From NCBI GenBank assembly GCA_046542505.1, contig JBKHBH010000022.1:1-28126 (forward strand): a stretch of 28,126 nt of DNA, written 5' to 3'. A program made the position numbers and the translations under genes. This document shows, one piece after another, positions 1-8,082 of this stretch (position 1 is its first letter; every line of letters starts with the position of its first letter). The notes below the pieces were generated by a model. The model saw only the letters and a program-made list of their open reading frames with translations, did no database searches and was not told where the DNA came from. The DNA comes from Thermovirgaceae bacterium. Lineage in GTDB: Bacteria > Synergistota > Synergistia > Synergistales > Thermovirgaceae.

Positions 1-138
1 ATTAATCTCGACGGGACCTCTTTATAACACGAGACTCGCATGGTAATATTTACTTAAAAGAAAAAGAATTAAAAAAATAAAAAATTTTTTGATTGAAAAG
101 TTTGCAAACTAGAAGGCGGAGGAAAAACGGAGAATCTA

Positions 139-2508
139 ATGAATTTCCTTGCGCACGTCCGTCAAGAAGAAGATGGAACCTGGGAAACCCAAAATTTGGG
201 CGATCACCTGGAAGGTACTGCACATAAGGCGGTATCGTTTGCTGCGAAATTTGGCAACCCGGATTGGGCAAAGACTATTGCCTACTGGCATGATCTGGGC
301 AAATTTAATCCAGGGTGGCAGCGACATATAAAAACCAGTTCTGGGTTTGATAAAGAGGTCCACATTGAAGGAGTGGCAGGTAGAGGAAATCACAGCTCGG
401 CTGGTGCCGTATTGGCATTTGCTGAGTTCACTAAAGCCCAACCTTTAGCTCGTGCTCTTGCATATCCTATAGCAGGCCATCATGCTGGTCTTCCCGACTG
501 GGATCCGGAAGACCCTTTGGGAAACCCTCTGCCGATGAGAGTTTACAAAAATCCACTGAATCAGGAACTTGATTTGGAGATCCTGGAAGCCATAAAAAAC
601 ATTCCTGAAGCTGAACCATTTATTTACTGTGAAAAGCCACAAACCGCACCGTTTGGTATTTCTTCACTTACAACAGAAGACAACGAATTCCTGCATTTGT
701 GGATTCGGATGCTTTTTTCGTGTCTTGTAGACGCTGATTTTCTCGACACAGAGGAATTTATGGATCCTGTGAAAGCAGAATGTCGGGCAAGCAAAGATAT
801 CAGCTCAGGAGAAAATGCCAAGGCAATTATTCTACCTTCTCTAAAAAAGCGTTTTGATTCCTTCATGCAAAGGAAAATCAGCGAGGCATCAAAAACATCA
901 ATAAACCTACAAAGAAAGAAAATCCTTGAGACATGCCGGGAAAAGGCTTCTCTGGAGCCGGGGTTTTTTTCGCTGACTGTTCCGACAGGGGGAGGCAAGA
1001 CGCTTTCGTCAATGGCTTTTGCCCTGGAGCATGCTCTTCAATATGGGAAAGACAGGGTTATTATGGCAATACCCTATACGAGCATCATTGAACAAACTGC
1101 AAAGGTGCTGAAATACGGGTCTGACGATGATGCGGAAATTGAAGCCGTCAAAAAAAGAGGTGACTGGCTTTTTGGTGAATCGGCAGTCCTCGAACATCAC
1201 AGCAATATGGATCCGGAACGTGAAGATCAAAAAAACAGGCTCTCTGCCGAAAACTGGGATGCTCCCATAATTGTTACAACAAATGTCCAATTATTTGAAT
1301 CACTGTATGCGAGTCGCCCGTCTCAGTGCCGCAAACTACATAACATAGCCAATAGTGTAATAATCCTCGACGAAGCCCAGATGTTACCTCCCGAATTTTT
1401 GAAACCAGTCCTTTCGGTGTTAAAGGGTCTTGTCTCGCGTTTTGGCGTGACGGTGCTCTTATGTACTGCCACGCAACCCGCCCTTCAGGGGGAAATAGGT
1501 TCTGGAAAAAGTGTATTTACAGGTATTCCGGAGGCAACCGAGATTATTGATGATCCACGATCACTTGCACAAGCATTTAGGAGAGTGGACCTGAGTCTCC
1601 CCAATCCCGACTCTTTGGGACGCCTGTCCTGGGATTCTCTGGCAACGGAGCTTGTAGCACATGATCAGGTTCTTTGTATTGTCAACACGCGTCGAGATTG
1701 CCGAGAGCTCCATGCTCTAATGCCCAAGGGCACCGTTCATCTTTCGGGCTTCATGTGCGCAGAAGAGAGAAGCGAACTAGTAAGCGAAGTCAAGGAAAAG
1801 CTCCGAAAGGGAAAGCCGGTTCGGGTCGTAAGCACGCAATTGGTTGAGGCAGGAGTCGACATAGACTTTCCCGTTGTCTATCGGGCCCTTGGGGGCCTTG
1901 ATTCGATCGCGCAAGCCGCGGGGAGGTGTAACAGAGAGGGTACTCTCGAGGCCATAGGGAGGAAAGGTCGAGTTGTTGTTTTCTTGCCTCCAAGCCCTGC
2001 TCCGCCAGGTCTATTGAGAAAAGGCGAGGAAGCAAGCATGGAAATTTTGCGGCAGGAGAGGTTTTCGGATATAGGACCGGAACGTTTCAAAGAATATTTC
2101 AGGATTTTTTACGGCAAGGTTATAGATTTTGACCAGCCCCGTTTTAAAGACAGGCTTGTCAAAGAAGCGAGGGAATTCAAATTTCAATTCAGGACCTTGG
2201 CGTATCATCTTAATCTTATCGATAATAGCAGACAAGAATCAATCATCGTTGAATATGATGGAGCCAGACAGGGAAGCACGGACCTGATAAAAGAACTTCG
2301 TTATAAAGGACCAAGCAGGACTTTGTTAAGAAAATTGCAACGGTTTACTGTCTCCGTACCCAGGTATAGTTGTCAAGAACTTTTCAGGAAGGGAATGATA
2401 GAGGAGGTTTCCGGTTTCTATGTACAGGTGAGCCCGGCCTTGTATCGGAAGGGGCTGGGATTATTGCCGGATGAAAGCCAATGGAGCGAAGAGGTCTTAT
2501 TGGTGTAG
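139..2508 (+). CDS. cas3: CRISPR-associated HD nuclease/helicase Cas3
   Basis: N-terminal HD domain (WHDLGK, IAGHHAGL, LVDADFLDT), Walker A VPTGGGKT, DEAQ box, TAT, STQLVEAGVDID, QAAGRCNR; GGAG RBS upstream. Confidence 0.97.
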   Translation: MNFLAHVRQEEDGTWETQNLGDHLEGTAHKAVSFAAKFGNPDWAKTIAYWHDLGKFNPGWQRHIKTSSGFDKEVHIEGVAGRGNHSSAGAVLAFAEFTKAQPLARALAYPIAGHHAGLPDWDPEDPLGNPLPMRVYKNPLNQELDLEILEAIKNIPEAEPFIYCEKPQTAPFGISSLTTEDNEFLHLWIRMLFSCLVDADFLDTEEFMDPVKAECRASKDISSGENAKAIILPSLKKRFDSFMQRKISEASKTSINLQRKKILETCREKASLEPGFFSLTVPTGGGKTLSSMAFALEHALQYGKDRVIMAIPYTSIIEQTAKVLKYGSDDDAEIEAVKKRGDWLFGESAVLEHHSNMDPEREDQKNRLSAENWDAPIIVTTNVQLFESLYASRPSQCRKLHNIANSVIILDEAQMLPPEFLKPVLSVLKGLVSRFGVTVLLCTATQPALQGEIGSGKSVFTGIPEATEIIDDPRSLAQAFRRVDLSLPNPDSLGRLSWDSLATELVAHDQVLCIVNTRRDCRELHALMPKGTVHLSGFMCAEERSELVSEVKEKLRKGKPVRVVSTQLVEAGVDIDFPVVYRALGGLDSIAQAAGRCNREGTLEAIGRKGRVVVFLPPSPAPPGLLRKGEEASMEILRQERFSDIGPERFKEYFRIFYGKVIDFDQPRFKDRLVKEAREFKFQFRTLAYHLNLIDNSRQESIIVEYDGARQGSTDLIKELRYKGPSRTLLRKLQRFTVSVPRYSCQELFRKGMIEEVSGFYVQVSPALYRKGLGLLPDESQWSEEVLLV

Positions 2509-2550
2509 GAATTGCCCGGCAAGCTTCTGGAAGGGAGAAAGGAGGAACTG

Positions 2551-3267
2551 ATGAACGAAAAATTCTTCAATAAAACCTTCTGTCTTGATGTTTCGGGAGA
2601 GTATGCTTGTTTTACGAGGCCTGAAATGAAAGTCGAAAGAGTCAGCTACGATGTAATAACTCCATCAGCTGCGAGAGGAATCTTCGAAGCCATTTTTTGG
2701 AAGCCCGCCATAAAATGGCATGTCAGGAAAATCGAGGTCCTCAATCCTGTCAAGTGGATTTCGGTACGTAGGAATGAAGTGGGAGCGGTAATGAGTGAAA
2801 GAAGAAAAGAAATTTTTATTGAGAACGAAAGACAACAAAGGGCAGGGCTTTTCCTGAAGGATGTTCGCTATAGACTCCACGCAGAGCTCGAGTATATACC
2901 TCCGAAAGACAGGGGCAAGACAACCACTGAAGCCCCAGATGAACTGGTTTCAGGGGAAGAGGAATCTGAATATCGAAAAGACGAAAACCCCGGAAAATAC
3001 AATGCCATTTTTGAGCGACGGGCAAGAAAAGGTCAGTGTTTTAACCAGCCTTACCTTGGTTGTCGTGAATTCAGCTGTGCTTTTCGGTTGGTCGATGATC
3101 TTGCAAATGAGCCGGAACCGATCGATGAATCGCGAGATCTTGGATTCATGCTTTATGATCTTGATTTTTCCGATCCCGAGGACATAAAGCCGGCCTTTTT
3201 CAGAGCCATGCTTAAAAAAGGTGTGATTGACGTACCACCTTGGGAAAGCGAGGAGGTGCGAAGGTGA
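2551..3267 (+). CDS. cas5c: Type I-C Cas5 (Cas5c/Cas5d, crRNA-processing endoribonuclease)
   Basis: GEYACFTRPEMKVERVSYDVITPSAARGIFEAIFWKP and QPYLGCREF motifs; start moved from TTG 2512 to ATG 2551, which follows AAGGAGG. Confidence 0.96.
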   Translation: MNEKFFNKTFCLDVSGEYACFTRPEMKVERVSYDVITPSAARGIFEAIFWKPAIKWHVRKIEVLNPVKWISVRRNEVGAVMSERRKEIFIENERQQRAGLFLKDVRYRLHAELEYIPPKDRGKTTTEAPDELVSGEEESEYRKDENPGKYNAIFERRARKGQCFNQPYLGCREFSCAFRLVDDLANEPEPIDESRDLGFMLYDLDFSDPEDIKPAFFRAMLKKGVIDVPPWESEEVRR

Positions 3268-5006
3268 TTCTGCAAGCACTCGCCGCATATTATCAGCGTA
3301 AGGTTTCCGATCCGAAAAGCGACTTGGCTCCCGTCGGATGGGAATGGAAGGAACTCCCCTTTCTGCTTGTCATTAACGAAGAAGGAGACCTGCGAACAAT
3401 AGAGGATACACGGGAAAAGCAAGGAAACAGATTGCGAGCGAAGAGTTTCCTGGTGATCCAAGGGGAGAAGAGGAGCTCTGGTATCAAGCCTAATTTGCTT
3501 TGGGACAACGTGGAATATGTTTTGGGCGCGAACCCACGAGGCAGAAGTGATGTTTCGAAAAGACATAAAGCCTTCAAAAAAAGGATTAGCGATGAATTCC
3601 CCGAAGGGACGGAGCCTTTAGGCGTTTTAGCTGTAAAACGATTTCTCGATAAAAATCCTTTGGAACAAATCAATAAAAAATTTGCGGATTCAGAGCTTTT
3701 GGAAGAAATACTCGATAGCAACGCTTTTATCACTTTCCGGTTGGAGAATGGTAAAAGCGAGACGATTTTTGATGAATTAAGAGGTACATTCCCAAAAGAA
3801 GAAAGTTCTGTGGATCCACAAAATAGAGGGGTATGTTTGGTTTCAGGGAAGAAAGCACAAATATTGAAATTACATCCTGCTATCAAAGGCGTCAGGGGCA
3901 CAAACACTTCCGGTGCATCTGTTGTTTCGTTTAATCTGGATGCTTTTTCCTCGTACGGCAAGAAGCAAAACTTCAATGCGCCACTCTCAAACGATGCTGT
4001 TTTTGCTTATACGACAGGACTAAATTATTTGCTACGGAGAGATTCAGAGAACAAGGTTTCTGTAGGCAATATAACCATCGTTTTTTGGGCAGAAAAAGCG
4101 GAGCAGGAATTATTTGACATGGAAGAGAACTTTCCGTTGTTTATCAATGATCCTCCAAAAGATGATCCAGACAGGGGTGTAAGAGCTGTAAAAGCCCTGT
4201 ATCAATTTGCCGCTTCCGGGAAGATGCCTGCAAATAACGGAGAACGTTTTTTTGTTTTGGGACTTGCTTCGAATGCAGCGAGGATTTCTGTACGTTTTTG
4301 GAGATCAGGAACACTGAAGGATTTTTCAGAGAAAATGATCCAGCATTTTGAAGACATCAAAATTGTTAAAGGTCCCAAAGAGGCCGAATATCTAACTTTC
4401 TATCAACTCATCCGCTCCACCGCGGTAGGTAGAAAAATGGAAACCGCCCTCCCAAAACTCGCAGCTGATGTTTTGACAAGTGTCATGGATGGTACTCCTT
4501 ACCCAAAACCATTCATGCAACAGTGTGTTATGCGTATCAGAGCAGAAAAGTATATAGGAAGAGCGCGAGCTGCAATCTTGAAAGGATGCATAAACCGTCA
4601 CCAAAGAAAATATGGGGCTGAAAGAAGGGAGGTTTTAAGTGTGGCTTTAGACAGAGAAAATTCGAACACCGCGTATAGACTTGGCAGACTGTTTGCGGTT
4701 TTGGAGAGGATTCAGGAAGCTTCTCACCCGGGAATTAACGCCACAATCAGAGATCGTTTTTACGGGGCTGCCTCGTCAAGTCCAGTTTCTGTTTTTCCAA
4801 GGCTTTTAAAATTGAAAAATCATCATCTCGCTAAACTTGAAAACCAAGGTCAAAAAGTTTTCTATGAGAAAGAAATAGGCGAAATAATATGTGAGATTAA
4901 TGATTTCCCCAGATTTTTGACTATAGATCAACAAGCTCTGTTTGCCGTCGGTTACTATCACCAGAGGCAAGAATTTTTCCGTAAGAAAGAAGAAAGAAAT
5001 AAATAA
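3264..5006 (+). CDS. cas8c: Type I-C large subunit Cas8c (Csd1)
   Basis: GTG start overlaps the cas5 stop (GTGA) after AGGAGG; ILQAL..YY N-terminus, RSSGIKPNLLWDN, CLVSG, HPAIKGV, VSFN..AFSSYG, NAARISVRFW motifs. Confidence 0.95.
   Translation: MILQALAAYYQRKVSDPKSDLAPVGWEWKELPFLLVINEEGDLRTIEDTREKQGNRLRAKSFLVIQGEKRSSGIKPNLLWDNVEYVLGANPRGRSDVSKRHKAFKKRISDEFPEGTEPLGVLAVKRFLDKNPLEQINKKFADSELLEEILDSNAFITFRLENGKSETIFDELRGTFPKEESSVDPQNRGVCLVSGKKAQILKLHPAIKGVRGTNTSGASVVSFNLDAFSSYGKKQNFNAPLSNDAVFAYTTGLNYLLRRDSENKVSVGNITIVFWAEKAEQELFDMEENFPLFINDPPKDDPDRGVRAVKALYQFAASGKMPANNGERFFVLGLASNAARISVRFWRSGTLKDFSEKMIQHFEDIKIVKGPKEAEYLTFYQLIRSTAVGRKMETALPKLAADVLTSVMDGTPYPKPFMQQCVMRIRAEKYIGRARAAILKGCINRHQRKYGAERREVLSVALDRENSNTAYRLGRLFAVLERIQEASHPGINATIRDRFYGAASSSPVSVFPRLLKLKNHHLAKLENQGQKVFYEKEIGEIICEINDFPRFLTIDQQALFAVGYYHQRQEFFRKKEERNK
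4641..5006 (+). CDS. cas11: Cas11c small subunit, translated from an internal in-frame start in cas8c (121 aa)
   Basis: GGGAGG (4627-4632) lies 8 nt before an in-frame GTG (4641); product MALDRENSNTAYRLGRLFAVLERIQE...VGYYHQ matches the C-terminal Cas8c segment known to be made separately in type I-C systems. Confidence 0.85.
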   Translation: MALDRENSNTAYRLGRLFAVLERIQEASHPGINATIRDRFYGAASSSPVSVFPRLLKLKNHHLAKLENQGQKVFYEKEIGEIICEINDFPRFLTIDQQALFAVGYYHQRQEFFRKKEERNK

Positions 5007-5033
5007 ACAAGATTTATTTGGAGGGAAAATAAA

Positions 5034-5879
5034 ATGAGTCTTATTAAAAAAAGGTACGATTTTGTGTTTTTCTTTGATGTTCAAGATGGGAACCCCAATG
5101 GAGATCCAGATGCAGGCAACTTGCCAAGGATTGATGCTGAGACAGGAATGGGACTGGTAACGGATGTTTGTTTGAAACGAAAGGTGAGAAATTACGTCCA
5201 ACTCAAAGGCTATGACATTTTCGTAAAAGAAAAAGCAGTTCTCAATAACTTGATAGAAGAAGCTCATAGACAAGAAGAAGTTGAAAAATCAGACGAGAAG
5301 GAGAAAACAGGTGCAGCCAGAGATTGGATGTGTAAAAAGTATTTCGACATCAGGACATTTGGAGCAGTAATGACGACCGGGAAAAATGCCGGACAAGTTC
5401 GTGGTCCTGTACAACTCACCTTTGCGCGTTCGGTTGAACCTATTGTTGCCCTGGAGCACAGCATTACACGCATGGCCGTAGCAACTGAGGCAGAAGCGGA
5501 AAAACAAGGCGGAGATAATCGGACCATGGGTCGCAAGTTTACAGTACCTTATGGCCTTTACCGGGCGCATGGGTTCATTTCGGCACATCTTGCATCACAA
5601 ACCGGGTTTTCGCAGGAAGATCTGGATCTTTTCTGGGAAGCACTGGTCAATATGTTCGAACACGATCGATCGGCAGCCCGCGGGTTAATGTGCTCAAGGG
5701 CGGTGGTGGCCTTTGAGCATCAATCAGCCCTCGGGAACAGGCCTGCACATGAGCTTTTCTCGCGGGTGACTGCAGAGCGTGTATCTGAGGGGCCTGCAAG
5801 AGAGTTCTCTGACTACAAAATAATGCTTGACGGAGATCCTCTGGAAAAAATCTTCAATATGGTTCCTGTTACTGAATGA
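5034..5879 (+). CDS. cas7c: Type I-C backbone Cas7 (Csd2)
   Basis: [62 protein letters not shown] motifs. Confidence 0.97.
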   Translation: MSLIKKRYDFVFFFDVQDGNPNGDPDAGNLPRIDAETGMGLVTDVCLKRKVRNYVQLKGYDIFVKEKAVLNNLIEEAHRQEEVEKSDEKEKTGAARDWMCKKYFDIRTFGAVMTTGKNAGQVRGPVQLTFARSVEPIVALEHSITRMAVATEAEAEKQGGDNRTMGRKFTVPYGLYRAHGFISAHLASQTGFSQEDLDLFWEALVNMFEHDRSAARGLMCSRAVVAFEHQSALGNRPAHELFSRVTAERVSEGPAREFSDYKIMLDGDPLEKIFNMVPVTE

Positions 5880-5889
5880 AGTGGTCTTG

Positions 5890-6555
5890 ATGTATTCCGA
5901 GGATGAATTGCTGCCGATTTCAGCCCTGCAGCATCTGGCTTTTTGTGAACGACAGTGGGCATTGATCCATCTTGAGCAAGTTTGGCAAGACAATGTCCTG
6001 ACAGTCGAAGGAAAACAGTTGCACGAAAAAGCCCATGAATCTGACTCAGAATACAAGGGAAATGTGAAGGTCATACGTTCCCTTCGGATCCGCTCATTCA
6101 AATTGGGGCTGGTGGGACAGACGGATGTTGTGGAATTCGAAGAGACAGCTTCGCAAAATTCCATTGTTCGGATTATCGAATATAAACGAGGTCGTCCGAA
6201 GATAGGCCATTGTGATGAAGTCCAAATCTGTGCGCAAGCCATTTGTTTGGAGGAAATGTTGGGGCTGACTCTTTCTGAAGGCAATTTCTTCTACGGAAAA
6301 CCCAGGCGCAGGCACCCGGTTGTCTTTTCAGCAGAATTACGAGAGGAAACCGAAAGATTGGCGATACGGTTGCACGAACTGACAGAAAGAAAAATTACCC
6401 CGAAAGCGAATTATGGCAAACATTGTGAGAGCTGTTCTCTCAAGGATATATGTCTCCCTGAATCTATGGAGCGGGGGAAAAGAGCCAGCAGGTATCTTAA
6501 ATCGATAATTGATTCCTCCTTGAAAGAAGATATCGTCAAAGAGGACGGTAAATGA
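5890..6555 (+). CDS. cas4: Cas4 RecB-like Fe-S nuclease
   Basis: ISALQHLAFCERQWALIH, DVVEF...IEYKRG, QICAQAICLEEM and C-terminal CxxCxxxxxC; start taken at ATG 5890. Confidence 0.95.
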   Translation: MYSEDELLPISALQHLAFCERQWALIHLEQVWQDNVLTVEGKQLHEKAHESDSEYKGNVKVIRSLRIRSFKLGLVGQTDVVEFEETASQNSIVRIIEYKRGRPKIGHCDEVQICAQAICLEEMLGLTLSEGNFFYGKPRRRHPVVFSAELREETERLAIRLHELTERKITPKANYGKHCESCSLKDICLPESMERGKRASRYLKSIIDSSLKEDIVKEDGK

Positions 6556-7583
6556 AACATTTGCTCAACACTCTTTATGTTACGACACAAGGCAGTTACC
6601 TCTGTAAAGAGGGCGAAACGGTCCATGTAAGGATAGAGCATGAAACGAAACTGCGTGTCCCGATACATACGTTATCCGGCATCATTTGTTTCGGACAGGT
6701 ACTTTGCACTCCGCCGTTGTTGGGTTTATGTGGCGAAAGAGGGGTTTCCGTCTCTTTTCTTTCAGAAAATGGTCGATTTCTGGCTCGAGTACAAGGTCCT
6801 GTTGCCGGTAACGTCCTTTTGAGGAAAGAACAGTATAGGCGATCTGATGATCAGGAAAAATCAGCCGAAATTGCACGTTCCGTTATAATTGCGAAAATAG
6901 CAAACAGCCGCACGGTGCTTTTGAGGGCAGCTCGGGAAAATGGCAATGCTTTAGCAACGACCGAGATTTCTAGTGTGGCAGCTCTTCTTGCAAGGCATTT
7001 GAAGAACCTTGAAAATCTGGTTCCGCTGGATACATTGCGAGGTATCGAGGGGGATGCAGGGAGACAATATTTCAGTGTTTTCGACCACCTCATAACTTCA
7101 CAAGTTGTTGGTTTTCACTTTCCTGCACGTACGCGCCGCCCTCCGATGGATCCAATGAACGCACTTTTGTCATTCTTATACACCCTTCTCGTTCATGATG
7201 TAGCCTCAGCGCTTGAAGGAGTCGGGCTTGATCCGGCAGTAGGATTTTTGCATCGCGATCGCCCCGGAAGACCTGGTTTGGCACTTGATCTGATGGAGGA
7301 ATTGAGACCGCCTTTCGCTGATCGATTGGCCTTAAGCTTGGTTAACAGGCAGCAGATAAAGATCAAAGACTTTGATGTTACTGAGACAGGGGCAGTCCTT
7401 ATGAAGGATGGCGCGAGAAAGGAAATTCTCAAGGCTTGGCAAAAGAGAAAACAAGAGGAAATCACACATCCATTTATCAACGAAAGGATTCCCTTAGGCT
7501 TGGTCCCGCATGTCCAGGCTTTACTCCTATCTCGCTATTTGCGTAACGACCTCGATGCCTACCCGCCGTTCCGGTGGCGATAA
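6552..7583 (+). CDS. cas1: Type I-C Cas1 integrase
   Basis: LLNTLYVTTQGSYL, LRGIEG, RRPP.DPMNALLSFLY, GLDPAVGFLH, LALDLMEELR motifs; ATGA overlap with cas4. Confidence 0.98.
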   Translation: MKHLLNTLYVTTQGSYLCKEGETVHVRIEHETKLRVPIHTLSGIICFGQVLCTPPLLGLCGERGVSVSFLSENGRFLARVQGPVAGNVLLRKEQYRRSDDQEKSAEIARSVIIAKIANSRTVLLRAARENGNALATTEISSVAALLARHLKNLENLVPLDTLRGIEGDAGRQYFSVFDHLITSQVVGFHFPARTRRPPMDPMNALLSFLYTLLVHDVASALEGVGLDPAVGFLHRDRPGRPGLALDLMEELRPPFADRLALSLVNRQQIKIKDFDVTETGAVLMKDGARKEILKAWQKRKQEEITHPFINERIPLGLVPHVQALLLSRYLRNDLDAYPPFRWR

Positions 7584-7598
7584 TGAGGTGTTTCTCGG

Positions 7599-7889
7599 AT
7601 GATGGTACTTGTGACTTATGACGTAAACATTGTTTCGGAAGGTGGTGCGAAACGACTCAGGAAAGTTGCGAAAATCTGCCAGAATTATGGGCAGAGGGTT
7701 CAAAATTCTGTATTTGAGTGTCTTGTTGATCCAGCGCAATGGGCTGCCTTACGTCATGAATTGCTTCAGGCCTTTGATCCAGCTAAAGATAGTCTGAGGT
7801 TTTATTTTCTTGGAGCAAATTGGAAGAAACGCGTAGAGCATCAGGGTGCGAAGGAAACGTATGATCCTGAAGGCCCCCTGATCCTTTAA
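7599..7889 (+). CDS. cas2: Cas2
   Basis: VLVTYDV, RLRKVAKIC, GQRVQNSVFEC, DSLRFY motifs; GAGGTG RBS. Confidence 0.97.
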   Translation: MMVLVTYDVNIVSEGGAKRLRKVAKICQNYGQRVQNSVFECLVDPAQWAALRHELLQAFDPAKDSLRFYFLGANWKKRVEHQGAKETYDPEGPLIL

Positions 7890-8082
7890 GACTTTTCTTG
7901 TGCTGCGCGAACCCCAAGTGATCCTGGAATTTCCCGCAGATTCGCGTGTCTCTGAAAATCCAGATGCTGACTAGAAAATCCCGGGTGAGTATTACATTTG
8001 TTTCTCAGAAAGGACTTGAATTTCTAGGTTCCGCGAAACAGCTACAATAAAGCGTTGCCATAACAGGAGAAAAAAAGATACG
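7890..8082 (+). promoter_or_regulatory. CRISPR leader
   Basis: 193-nt non-coding stretch between the cas2 stop and the first repeat, at the end opposite the degenerate repeat; contains CGCGAA/TTCGCG repeat motifs. Confidence 0.85.

Noticed and set aside
2509..5033. Mini-array, CreTA-like or scaRNA-like repeats between cas genes
   Set aside because: The intergenic gaps are only 42 and 27 nt, or the genes overlap, and they show no repeat-like sequence
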